Positions 11,601 through 23,397 of a stretch of 64,000 nt of DNA are shown piece after piece. The stretch covers positions 186,001-250,000 of the forward strand of contig JAIVFI010000038.1 in assembly GCA_025558095.1 (NCBI GenBank), given 5' to 3'. The translations under genes and the position numbers were made by a program. The stretch comes from Hyaloraphidium curvatum SAG 235-1 (Eukaryota > Fungi > Monoblepharomycota). The stretch's first letter is position 1. Every line of letters begins with the position of its first letter. Under the pieces are notes generated by a model that worked only from the letters and a program-made list of their open reading frames with translations, made no database searches and had not been told where the DNA came from.

Positions 11601-14600
11601 CCTTGATGCGATGAAGGACCAAGGGCAGTCAGAGCAGGGCTCAGCATTGGTGAAGGTTACCTTGGATCTGCAAAGTGTAGACGATGGTTCTGTTCTAGAC
11701 TTCTCCCCTGCACTCAGCGAAGGTACGTCTTCTGATGCTCCATTCTTCAATGAACCTAAGCTGTTCCTGAGCAGAAGAACCAGAGAATTTGAGCAGCTTG
11801 ATTTCTCAGCTTCTTGATGACATTTTCAACATTCCCTCTGAAATTGAACGGATTGCACCGTCAACTTGTACTCCTGGGTCACACACAGTGCAGCTGACTT
11901 CTGCAGGTGGTGAGAGAATGCAGCTGAACGCTCTTTTTCTCATGCATGAGCAGACAAATCAGAATCAGTGCAAGTGGACGTCTCTGAGATGGACGTGCAA
12001 AGCTACAGAGGAGACATGATTTTGAACCAGGAGCTACAGGCTGCAAAAGAAGAGATACTGCATGGATTCAAGGCAGTCATTACTGCATCCCAATCTTGTC
12101 GCAACGAATTTGAACCTTTCGACTTCCTCTGGGTAAGTTGAATGCTGGCACAAGCAGTTTTCGAAAGTGACCAATCTTTCCTCCATCAAGGCTGAATCAC
12201 AAGAAGAATCGAAACAAACAGAGGAACACGTTGGGAGTGATCCATCTGCGACCAATGGAAGCCTCAACATCTGCTACACATGGCCTGATACATCAGTTCC
12301 AGCAGCAAACACGGAAGTTCATTTGGAAGAACTGAATGCAGTTGTCTCGATGGTGGATTCCTTGGAGGGTGAACGGTTGATGGGCAGTTGGTTTCTCGTT
12401 GACTGCAAACCAGTCAAAGAGGCAAGTTCATTCAATTTCCACCAGACGCCGTGCTGCGTGATTCTGATGCGCCCATAATGCTCCTGACAGAAACTGCACC
12501 TTTTGGTTCAGCTACGAAAAAAGCAGTTTTCCGAAAACATTTGCAAACAAATCCTGGGAACTGTTGTTGTGCTTTCTAACTTCATCCACCACGCTGAGAA
12601 CCAGCTGAAGATGGAGGTTGTGGATGGTGAGTCTCAACAGGTTGCGCAAATATCATCTTTTCAAAGTTGCTTCCCTATTCAGACAAGGCCCGTCTGGTGG
12701 ATAGCAAGGCTCTCCTTCAGAACATATGGTCCCATCAGAATTCATTCCAGCAAGCTTTGGGCGCGTGCAACAGGGTTCTTGAAGTTCTAGAGAAGACAGG
12801 CTTTCCAGTGCCGGCTGACTTGAGCCAGAATGTTGTGAATATGGGAGCCAATTGGGCCGAACTTGGAGATCTGGCAGAAGCTACCAAAACTCGGATTGGG
12901 TCCCTTGAAGTGGCAATGGCAGAAGAACTCCGTGGGACATGCTCAGAGCTTGAAGCTCGGGTTAGAGACGAGCGTTCTGCTTTCCGGGAAACAGCTCCTT
13001 ACAGCTACAGTGTCGGATTTGTCAAGGCCTTGGAGTACGTGCAGACAATGGAGGACAAGCTTAGCGAGATGGAGGGCCATGCACGCACAACAATCAAAAC
13101 AGCAACACTATTTGGCGTGCAATGCACAGTGCTCAAGCAAATTGATGAGCTTCTGAGAGAGTGCAGGCTCCTAAAGGGCATTTGGAGTTTTGACAGCATG
13201 GTCCGCTCCAAACTGGAAGAATGGCTCGAGTGCAAGTGGAGTGAAGTCCAGACAGATGTGTTAGAGAGCACATGCCAGGACTTCATCAAAGAGATGAGGA
13301 AGATGGATCGTGAGGTCAAGGGCTGGAACGTGTTCACAGGGCTAGACAAGGAGGTCAAGCAGATGGTCACGCAGCTGCAAGTTGCTGTTGAGCTCCGTAG
13401 CCCAACAGTCCGTGAAAGGCATTGGATCCAACTGCTGGAGAATGTTGGCTCGAAGTTTGACCGCAGCAACTCAACTTTGAAGGACATTGTTTCCCTCAAT
13501 TTGGACCTTGAGACAGTGAGAGCCATGGCGGATCGGGCAGCAAAGGAGCTCCAAATGGAGAAGCATCTGGACAGCATCAAGAACACTTGGGAGGATGCAA
13601 AGTTTGTGGTGAAGCCTTCACCGCACGGTCATGACACTCTCATGCTTGTGGGATCTGAAGCACTACTGGAAACCTTGGAAGACAATCAGGTCTTGCTGCA
13701 GAACATGATGGCCAACAGGAACGTCCAGTTCTTCCAGCCACAGATTCTGCGGTGGCAGGAAATTCTCGGAAATCTGGACTTGATGCTCCACCTCCTGCTT
13801 GACGTGCAGCAGTCCTGGTCGCACCTCGTTTCCATTTTTGTTGGCTCTGAAGACATCAAAGCACAGCTTCCAGACGATGCTGCGAAGTTTGCTGCAGTTG
13901 ATGCAATGTTCCTGGATATCATGAAGGAAATTCAAGTGACTCCGGGCTGTTTGAATTTCTGCAGCACTTTGGCAAACAATAAACGCTTGGAGGATGCCTT
14001 GATGGTGTTGAGCCTGTGTGAGCGTTCCTTGAGCCAGTACTTGGACAAGAAACGCCAAGTGTTTCCTCGTTTCTACTTTGTTTCGAGGATGGACCTGCTG
14101 GACATTCTCTCAAAGGGAGCAATACCTTCGGCCGTATGTGCACACTTGCCAAAGCTCTTTGATAGCATTGCCAGGCTCAAGTTTGCTGCTGATGAGGCAG
14201 GAAACGAGACAAAAACAGCAATTGGCATGATCTCAAAAGAAGGAGAGTATGTGCCTTTCTCAGAGCCTTTGGAGTGTATTGGTCAGGTTGAAACATGGCT
14301 CAACAAACTAGTGGAGTGCATGAGGACCACTTTGAGGCACATGCTCAGTGATGCAGTCACTACATACCAGGAAAAGCCTCGGGAGCAGTGGCTGTTTGAC
14401 TACCCGGCTCAGATTGTGCTTGCTGCAACACAAATCTGGTGGAACACAGAGGTCAACGTCTCATTCAGCCGCCTTGAAGAGGGGTACGAGAATGCCATGA
14501 AAGAGTACCACAGGAAGCAGTGCAATCAGATCACGGGTCTCATCCAGCTGATTCAGGGAGATCTCAGCCCTTTGGATCGCACCAAGATCATGACAGTCTG

Positions 14601-17600
14601 CACTTTGGATGTTCATGCTCGTGATGTGGTCACCAAGCTCCTTGCAGAAAAGGCAGACAGTAGCCAATGCTTCAGTTGGCTGTCACAGCTCCGGCTGATG
14701 TGGGATGATGAGAAATCAGATTGCTTTGCAAACATTGCGGATGCAGCTTTCAAGTACAGCTACGAGTACCTCGGTTGCACACCTCGGCTTGTAGTCACAC
14801 CTCTGACAGACAGGTGCTACATTACTTTGACGCAGGCTCTGCATTTGAACATGGGTGGAGCACCTGCAGGCCCTGCTGGCACAGGCAAAACGGAGACAAC
14901 AAAGGACTTGGGCCGGGCACTCGGATGCATGGTCTATGTTTTCAACTGCTCGGAACAGATGGACTACAAGTCGATTGGAAACATCTATCGGGGCCTGGCG
15001 CAGGAAGGTGCATGGGGCTGCTTTGATGAGTTCAACCGGATTCCAGTGGATGTGTTGTCTGTCATTGGCACTCAGGTCAAATCAATTCAGGATGCTCTTC
15101 GTGCAAAGAAGACCACCTTTGTTCTGGAGGGTGAGATGACACGTCTTCACCCCAACGTGGGCATCTTCATCACAATGAACCCTGGTTATGCTGGGAGAAC
15201 GGAGCTTCCAGAAAACATCAAAGCCCTCTTCCGCCCCTGCTCCATGGTCATACCAGACCTGCAGCTGATTTGCGAAATCATGCTGATGGCAGAAGGTTTC
15301 GTGGAAGCATCTGTCCTGGCCCAGAAGTTCACCACACTCTACAAGCTTTGCAAGGAACTTCTTTCGCAGCAGGACCACTATGACTGGGGACTCCGTGCAA
15401 TCAAGTCCGTGCTTGTGGTTGCTGGCAGCTTGAAAAGAGCAGACCCGGAGATGCCGGAGTCACATATCCTCATGAGATCCTTGCGTGATTTCAATGTTCC
15501 AAAGATTGTGACTGGAGATCTGCCCATTTTCCTTGGACTGGTGCATGATCTGTTTCCTGGTGTAGAAGTCGCCCGAAAGAAGACTGCAGTCTTGGAAGAT
15601 GCAATACGGAAGGCAGCCATCGAGTCTGGCTTGCAGGCTGATGACAACTTTGTTCTCAAAGTTGTGCAGCTGGAGGAGCTTCTGGCTGTCAGGCATTCTG
15701 TCTTCATAATTGGACCACCAGGTTCTGGCAAATCTCAAGTCTGGAAAACTCTAAGCAAGGCGAAATCCATCATGGGAAAACGTTGCCTCACCACGGATTT
15801 GGATCCTAAAGCTGTCACAACTGATGAGCTCTATGGATGTGTCCATCCGACGACTCGGGAATGGAAGGATGGTCTCTTTTCCTCCCTTTTGCGGGACATG
15901 GCTTCTGCTAATGCGGACGTGAAATGGATCGTCCTAGATGGCGACATTGATCCCAACTGGATAGAATCCTTGAATACTGTCATGGACGACAACAAGGTGC
16001 TCACATTGGCCAGCAACGAGCGCATTCCGCTGCAGCCAAACATGCGGTTGCTTTTTGAGATTTCTGACCTCAGAAACGCAACCCCAGCAACCGTTTCCCG
16101 TGCTGGAATCTTGTACCTAAATGCATCTGACATTGGATATGGCCCCCTTTTGCAAACGTGGCTCGACAAATGTGAAGATGTTCACGTTCGAACCATCCTC
16201 AGCAACTGCTTTGACAAGTACCTTGCACCTTGCATTGATTACGTGCAAGGATCCAAAGCACGGATTGTTGCCGTCGAAACCATCAACCTGGTTGGGACCA
16301 TGTGTGATCTGTTGGGAAGCCTGCTGAAGTCTGCCAAGATCCCTAAAGGTTCCGACAAGGAAGTGTATGAGATGTACTTCTGCTTTTCAGCCATTTGGGC
16401 TTTTGGAGGCGTCATGGCAAGCAACGGAGATCTTGATGGACGAGCAGACTTCAATGGATGGTGGCACAACTCCGAACTGAAGCAGATCAGCACTGTGCCA
16501 TCTTCCACTGGCACTGTCTTTGACTTCTGTGTTGACAACTCCTCAAGGAGCTGGAAAACATGGAGTGAAGTGATTGCAAAGAATGGGGATCAGACAGGTG
16601 TTGATGAGCCCGAGGTGCCATTCTCTGCTCTCTTTGTTCCCACACCAGAAACTGCGGCACTCAGCTACATCATGGACGCGCTGATTGATGCTGGACGGCA
16701 CATCCTCCTGGTGGGAAATGCAGGTTGCGGGAAAACGTTGATGGCAAAGGCCAAAATGCAAGACTGCATCGATTCTGCAAAGTACGAGGGCCTCAAGATA
16801 AACCTGACGTACTACACAAATGGAGTTGGCCTCCAGCACCTTCTTGAGAAGCCTCTGGAAAAGAAAGCTGGGCGGAGCTTCGCTCCAAAAGGAAATGGAA
16901 AGCTAGTCTACCTTTTGGATGATCTCAACATGCCAGAAGTGGACAAGTACGGCACTGTTGAATGTCATGCGCTGCTCCGCCAACATGTTGACCACTCACA
17001 CTGGTACGATCGTAACAAGCTCACCCTAAAAGAAATCAGCAACTGCCAGTACCTAGCATGCATGAATCCAAAAGTAGGAAGCTTCACAATCAGCCAAAGA
17101 TTGCAGCGGCATTTTGCAACACTTGCGGTTCCCAAACCAAGCTCTGATCGACTACTAGGCATCTACTCTTCTTCTCTGCAGGCTAGGCTCCCAGGCCTTG
17201 GCCCAAGCATCCGCAGCAGTCTTCCCCACTTCATATGTGCTACAATGCTCATCCATGCTAAAGCACAGAAGGTCTTCCAGGCAACAGCAAACAAACCTCA
17301 CTACCACTTTAGCCTGCACGATCTTGCTTTGGTATTTGAGGGCATGTGTATGGTGGGAAGCAAGGATCTTAGCTTGGAAGGACTGGCAAAGCTCTGGGTG
17401 CACGAGCTCCGAAGAGCATACAGTGACAAACTCACATCACGGGAAGACATGGAGGTCCTTGGCAAAATCATTGAGGACTCAGCAAAATCCATTCTCCCTG
17501 AAATCGATATCCCAGCCGTGGCTTCAAGCCTCCTCCTTTTCGGATCTGGCCTCAAGGGCGTTGATGCAACCTATCAGAACGCAACTTCTTGGGAGCAGCT

Positions 17601-20600
17601 GAATGGGACCTTGAGCGAAAATCAAGAGCAGTACAACGAGACCCACGCTGCACTAAACTTGATTCTGTTTGATGATGCGGTCTCTCATGCATTCCGCATT
17701 GCTCGGCTCTTGAAGATGCCAGGCAAACACGGGCTCCTTGTGGGTGTCGGAGGAAGTGGAAAGCAGAGCCTTGCCAAGCTGGGAGCGTACATAGCCGGCA
17801 TGGAGACATTCCAGATCACACCAAGCCCAACTTACAATGTCACGGAGATGCGGAATGACCTGGCAAACTTGTTTATCAAGACGGGACAGAAGAAGCAGCC
17901 TGTCGTGCTTCTCCTGCCTGATGGACACATCAGCGATGAGAGGCTGCTCATTCCCATCAATGAGTATCTTTGCACAGGCGACATCTCAGGCCTGTTTGCT
18001 GAGGACGCTTTGGACACAATCATGTCCGCAATGCGGACCGAGGCAAAGGCACTTGGACTTGGAGACTCAAGGAAGGTCTGCTGGGAGCTCTTTCTGCGCA
18101 ATGTTGCAGCCAACTTCAAGATCATCATGTGCTGTTCTCCAATTGGTGCTAGCCTGAAGCTGAAGCTGCAAAGGTTCCCTGGTCTCTTGAGCCAAATGCA
18201 GATCGATTGGTTCCATGAGTGGCCCCAGGAGGCTTTGGGCGCTGTTGCCACCGGATTGTTGGAGTCATGCAACAATGTCCCGGCTAAGCTTGTGGCCAAA
18301 GTTGCAACCTTCATGGGATCAGTTCACTTGGGGATTTCTTCGAATAGCAAGGAGCTCTATGCACAGGAAAAACGAAGGGTGTACACCACACCAAAGAGCT
18401 TCCTATCCTACGTTGAGCTTTATAAGAAGATGCTCGATAGCCGGCGGACAATGGTTGTCAACAACATGGACCGTCTGGCCAAAGGACTGCAGAAACTTCA
18501 AACAACCGCAGAACAAGTGGATGAGCTAAAAATCAAACTGGCAGCCCAGGACATTGAACTTGCAGCCAAGAATGACGTTGCAGAGAAGCTCATCCAAAAG
18601 GTGGCACAAGACACTGAAAAGGTGAACAGCCAGAAATCAATTGCGGATGAGGAGGAGAAACGTGTCAACCAAATCACGCAAGAAGTCTCTGAGCGTCAAG
18701 CACAATGTGAGAACGATTTGCAGGCTGCAGAGCCTGCACTTGCAGCGGCTGCAAAGGCTCTCAATACGCTGAACAAAGCGAACCTCACGGAGTTGAAGTC
18801 CTTTGGCTCGCCTACAGCAGACATTGTCAATGTTGTGGCGGCAGTCATGGTGTTGCTCTCTCCACCGGGAAAGATCGCAAAGAACAGGACTTGGAAGGCT
18901 GGAAAAAACATGATGGCAAAAGTGGACCAATTCTTGGACTCACTTATTCACTTCAAGAAGGAAGCAATCGATCAGAGCAACCTGGATGCTGTGCAAGCCT
19001 ACCTCTCGGACCCAAACTTCAACGAGGAGTACATTGGCACAAAGTCGGTTGCTGCAGCAGGGCTTTGCTCATGGGTTGTCAATATCGTGAAGTACTACAA
19101 GGTCTTCAAGGAAGTTGAGCCCAAGAGGTTGGCCCTTGAGGCTGCTAATGAGGAGCTGAAGGAGTCCCAGGCCAAGCTTGCAGCGGTGCAAGCACACGTG
19201 GCGGAGCTCGATGCAAATCTGATGCTGTTGAAAGAACAGTTTGAGAAGGCCACTCAAGAGAAATTGGAGTGCACCCGGGCAGCAAAGGAGACTTCAGATA
19301 CCATTGCCCTTGCAAACCGACTCGTGTTGGGTCTATCTTCAGAAAAGACACGATGGGGAACCGAGTATGCAAGGAACGAAGAGGAACTGAAAACATTGCC
19401 TGCAGACTCCCTGGTTGCAGCTTCTTTTATGGCCTATGCTGGTCCGTTCCCCAAGAGACACCGAGAGCACCTCGTCACTGAATGGGTAAAGGCATTGCGG
19501 GGTACTGTTGCATCAGGAGAATCTGAAGAAGCGGAACTGAGGATTTCAAGCACTTTCACTCTTGGCAGCTCGTTGATGACCTCAATGGAACAGGCCAAAT
19601 GGGTGAATGAGGGGCTTCCCACGGATCAAACATCCCTTGAAAATGCTGCCATCATCACAAAAGCATCGCGGTGGCCCCTTGTGGTTGACCCGCAGCTTCA
19701 AGCTATCAGCTGGCTATGCCAACGGGATTCAAAGCTACAGGTTACCCAGCTTTCCAGCCCGAGCTTCTTCAACATTCTGAGCACAGCCATGGCATCAGGC
19801 ACGACACTGTTGATTGAAGATGTTGGGGAAAGCATTGACCCTTCATTGGAACCATTGCTGAGTCAGAGTACCATCCGAGGAGGCAGATTCATCAAGCTTG
19901 GGGACAAGGAGATTGAGTACCACCAGGACTTCCGTCTGATCTTGCAGACCCGGCTTTCAAATCCCAACTACCCTCCCGAGATACAGGCACAGACAGCCAT
20001 TGTGAACTTTAGTGTCACCATTGATGGACTGGAGGACCAACTCCTTGCTGATGTCGTGAAGAATGAGCGGCCTGATCTTGAAGAAGGTAAACGGCAGCTG
20101 ACCAAGAACCAGAACGAGTTCAAAGTGCGGCTGCTGGAGCTGGAGAACTCTCTGCTGGAGAAACTCTCCGCAGCCCAAGGGGATTTCTTGAAGGACACCA
20201 GCCTCGTTGAGTCCTTGGAGAACACGAAATTCACTGCCTCAGCCATCGAAGCTCAAGTGAAGGAGGCACTTGTCACGGAAAAGACAATCAATGTTGCACG
20301 GGAATGCTACAGACCAGTGGCAAAGAGAGCAGCCCAGATCTACTTCCTTCTGAATGACCTTTGGAAAATCAACCCGGTGTACCAGTACTCCCTGTTCTCT
20401 GTCAAGGCCGTTTTCCTGCGGGCATTGGCAATGGCAGCACCCGCAGCTGAGGCAGAAGAGAGGATAGCAAGATTGAAGGATACCATAACCGAGATGGTCT
20501 TCCTGTTCACGAATCGGGGCCTCTTCGAAAAGGACAAGCTGACCTTCATCACCCAGCTCACCTTCCTTGTGAGTGCTTCATCTGGTGAAGGATCAGCACC

Positions 20601-23072
20601 CGAGTCGGAGAGCAAGAGCCTACCGGAAGATGAAGTGGATTTTGTGCTTCGGGGACCAGCATTTGACACTCAGCAAACTTCAAAGAGCCCTCCGGGGCTG
20701 GAATGGCTTCCAGAGACGGGATACTCTGCAATCAAGCAGCTCTCAACAAAGGAGGGCTTCAAAACGCTGAGCGTGGACATTGAAAACTCCGCAAAACAGT
20801 GGAAGAAGTACTGTGAGCTGGAGGCCCCTGAACTTGAGAAGATGCCACAGGACTGGAAGAACAAAACGCCTTTGCAGAAGCTCTGTGTGCTGCGATGCCT
20901 AAGGCCAGACAGGATGATAAATACCATCCGCCAGTTTGTACGCCAGCAGATGGGGGCAGGCTTCCTGGATGTGCCCAACCAGCCCCTCCTCAGCCTGCTC
21001 CAGACTGAAATCGACCAGAAAACGCCCGTGTTCTTCATCCTTTCCCCAGGAGTCGATCCACTGAAGGATGTGGAGGCTGCTGGCAGGCAGCTTGGATTCT
21101 CACAGGAAGCTGGCACCCTGAGTGTTGTTTCCCTAGGTCAGGGACAAGAAGCACGGGCGGAGCAGTGCCTTCTTGAGGGCAGCAGGAACGGCACTTGGGT
21201 CATGCTACAAAACATCCACTTGGTTTCCAAATGGCTTCCAAAACTGGCATCCAGCTTGGAAAAGCTCTCATCTGAGGCACACTCCAGCTTCAGGCTGTTT
21301 GTCTCGGCAGAACCTGCAGCGGATCCCGAATTCCACATCATTCCCAGCTCCATCTTGCAGCGTTCAATCAAAATCACAAATGAACCGCCAACAGGCATGA
21401 AGGCGAACTTGCACCGGGCAATCGACTCCTTCGAACCGGGAACCATGGAGAAATCTTCCAAGGACACAGAGTACCGTGCTTTGATGTTTGCCCTCTTTTT
21501 CTTCCACAGTGTGGTGTTGGAACGCAGGAAGTTTGGGGTCCAGGGCTGGAACAAGCCCTACCCTTTCACGACTGGAGACCTTCTCATCAGTGGAGAAGTG
21601 CTCTACAATTACCTAGAGAACTACAGCCGTATCCCCTGGGTGGATCTTCGGTACATCATTGGGGAAATCATGGTGAGTCTGTGTGATATTCAATGCATTT
21701 GTGCATAGCTAAATGCGTGTTTGTTCGCAGTATGGTGGCCACATCAGTGACGTAAGAATACTCGGACAGCTTACAGACAATTCTGTGCTAACCCATGAAT
21801 CTGTAGTACTGGGACAGGAGGCTGTGCACAACTTACCTCGAGGCGTACATGCCCGATGAGCAAATGTTCGAACGATCATTTGAGCTCACCAACGGGTTTG
21901 TGCTGCCAGCAGGGCAGCTTGATCTGAAGGGTATGGATTTTAACGGAGGTGCTGTGCACAACTGATCTGACTCCACGTTCTCAGACTACCATGCCTATGT
22001 GGACGCAAACCTCCCTGCAGAGGCTCCTGGACTCTACCGCATGCATGCCAACGCTGAAATCGAAGTGCTCTCAAAGATGTCGGACTACCTCTTCAAGTGC
22101 CTGTTGGCTGGACAGCAAGGACCCCAACGCAGCAGCCTGATGAGTGGTCAAACAGAGGAAGACAAGCTCCTTGGCCTTGTGGAAGACATGATGGAGCGGC
22201 TCCCGGAGGCTTTCAACTTGGCCGATCTTTACCAAAGGGCAGAAGACCGGACCCCATACACCAACGTCGTCCTTCAGGAATGTGAGCTCATGAATAGGCT
22301 GGTGCTGGAAATTGCGAAGCTCCTCAGGGAGTTGTCCCAAGGTAAGATTCAGAAGGAGCATCCCAACTCTTTGAATGACTCTGTTCTTGTCCAGCTTTGA
22401 AAGGCACTTTGACCTTCACCCCTGCAATGGAGACAAACCTGAAAGCAATTGCCAGCAACGAGGTGCCCAAAGTGTGGATGAAATTCTCCTATCCGTCGCA
22501 GCACAGCCTGCAGGTGTGGTACGCGGATCTTCTTCAACGCGTCAAACAGCTCGAGTCCTGGGTTGCGGATTTCCAAGTCCCGCACTCCGTCTGGCTCGGC
22601 GGCCTCTTTTCACCCCAGTCGTTCCTCACGGCCATCATGCAAACGACGGCCAGGCGGATGGACATGCCCATCGACAAGCTGGCATTGGCGGTGGAGGTCA
22701 CGAAGAAAAGCCGGGAAGAAATCTCGAGCGGGCCCAGGGACGGCGCGTACATCCACGGCTTGCGCATCGAAGGAGCACGCTGGGACACTGCAAGCGGCTC
22801 GCTCCAGGATGCAGCGCTCAAGGACCTCAGACCGGCGATGCCGGTGATGCACATCAAAGCCGTTTCCGTGGAGAGGAAGGACGTCCGAGGTGAGGGCCTG
22901 CAGGCGGCCTCGATCCCCTTCCGTCGCTTACCGCACGCCTCCAGGGACGTACGAGTGCCCGCTCTACCGCACAAAGATCCGCGGTCCCACGTTCGTCTGT
23001 CCCATTCTCCTCAAGACGAAGGAGAAAGCGTCCAAGTGGACGTTGACGGGAGCCGCTCTCTTCTTGGAGTAG
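8619..23072 (+). CDS. Axonemal dynein heavy chain, outer-arm beta type (DNAH9/11/17-like)
   Basis: AAA1 GPAGTGKTET and CFDEFNRI, AAA2 GPPGSGKS, AAA3 GNAGCGKT, AAA4 GVGGSGKQS, stalk coiled coil and MTBD, KIMTVCTLDVHARDVV, C-terminal YECPLYRTKIRGPTFV. Every exon junction could be joined in frame. One 8990-nt exon (12683-21672). Confidence 0.95.
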
Positions 23073-23397
23073 CAAGCGAATGGTCAACCGCGCATGCACT
23101 GCAGCTTGCCGAAATTCATCTGCCTCCTGCTGCGATTCCGTGATTCCGACGGTGCAGGCGGGCTCGCCAACGCGGCCGGACCCGCGGCATTGCCCACGCG
23201 CCGCATTCGAGCCGCGCTTCCTTCCGAGGTAGAAAAGAGCAATGTATTCTGCTTCGCATCATTGCGAAAGGGGCGGGACCGCGTGTGATTCGGTCTCCTG
23301 ATCGGAGACGTCCAGGCCGCCGCGGACACTTCCAAAACCTCGAATTCCCCTCGCTCCCGAAGGGAAGAGAGGCCTGTCGGGGAACGCCCGCGGGATA

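Noticed and set aside
9400-22500. Low-GC block as a horizontally acquired island or mobile element
   Set aside because: It lies inside one continuous eukaryotic gene with host-type introns and gradual boundaries; no terminal repeats or transposase.
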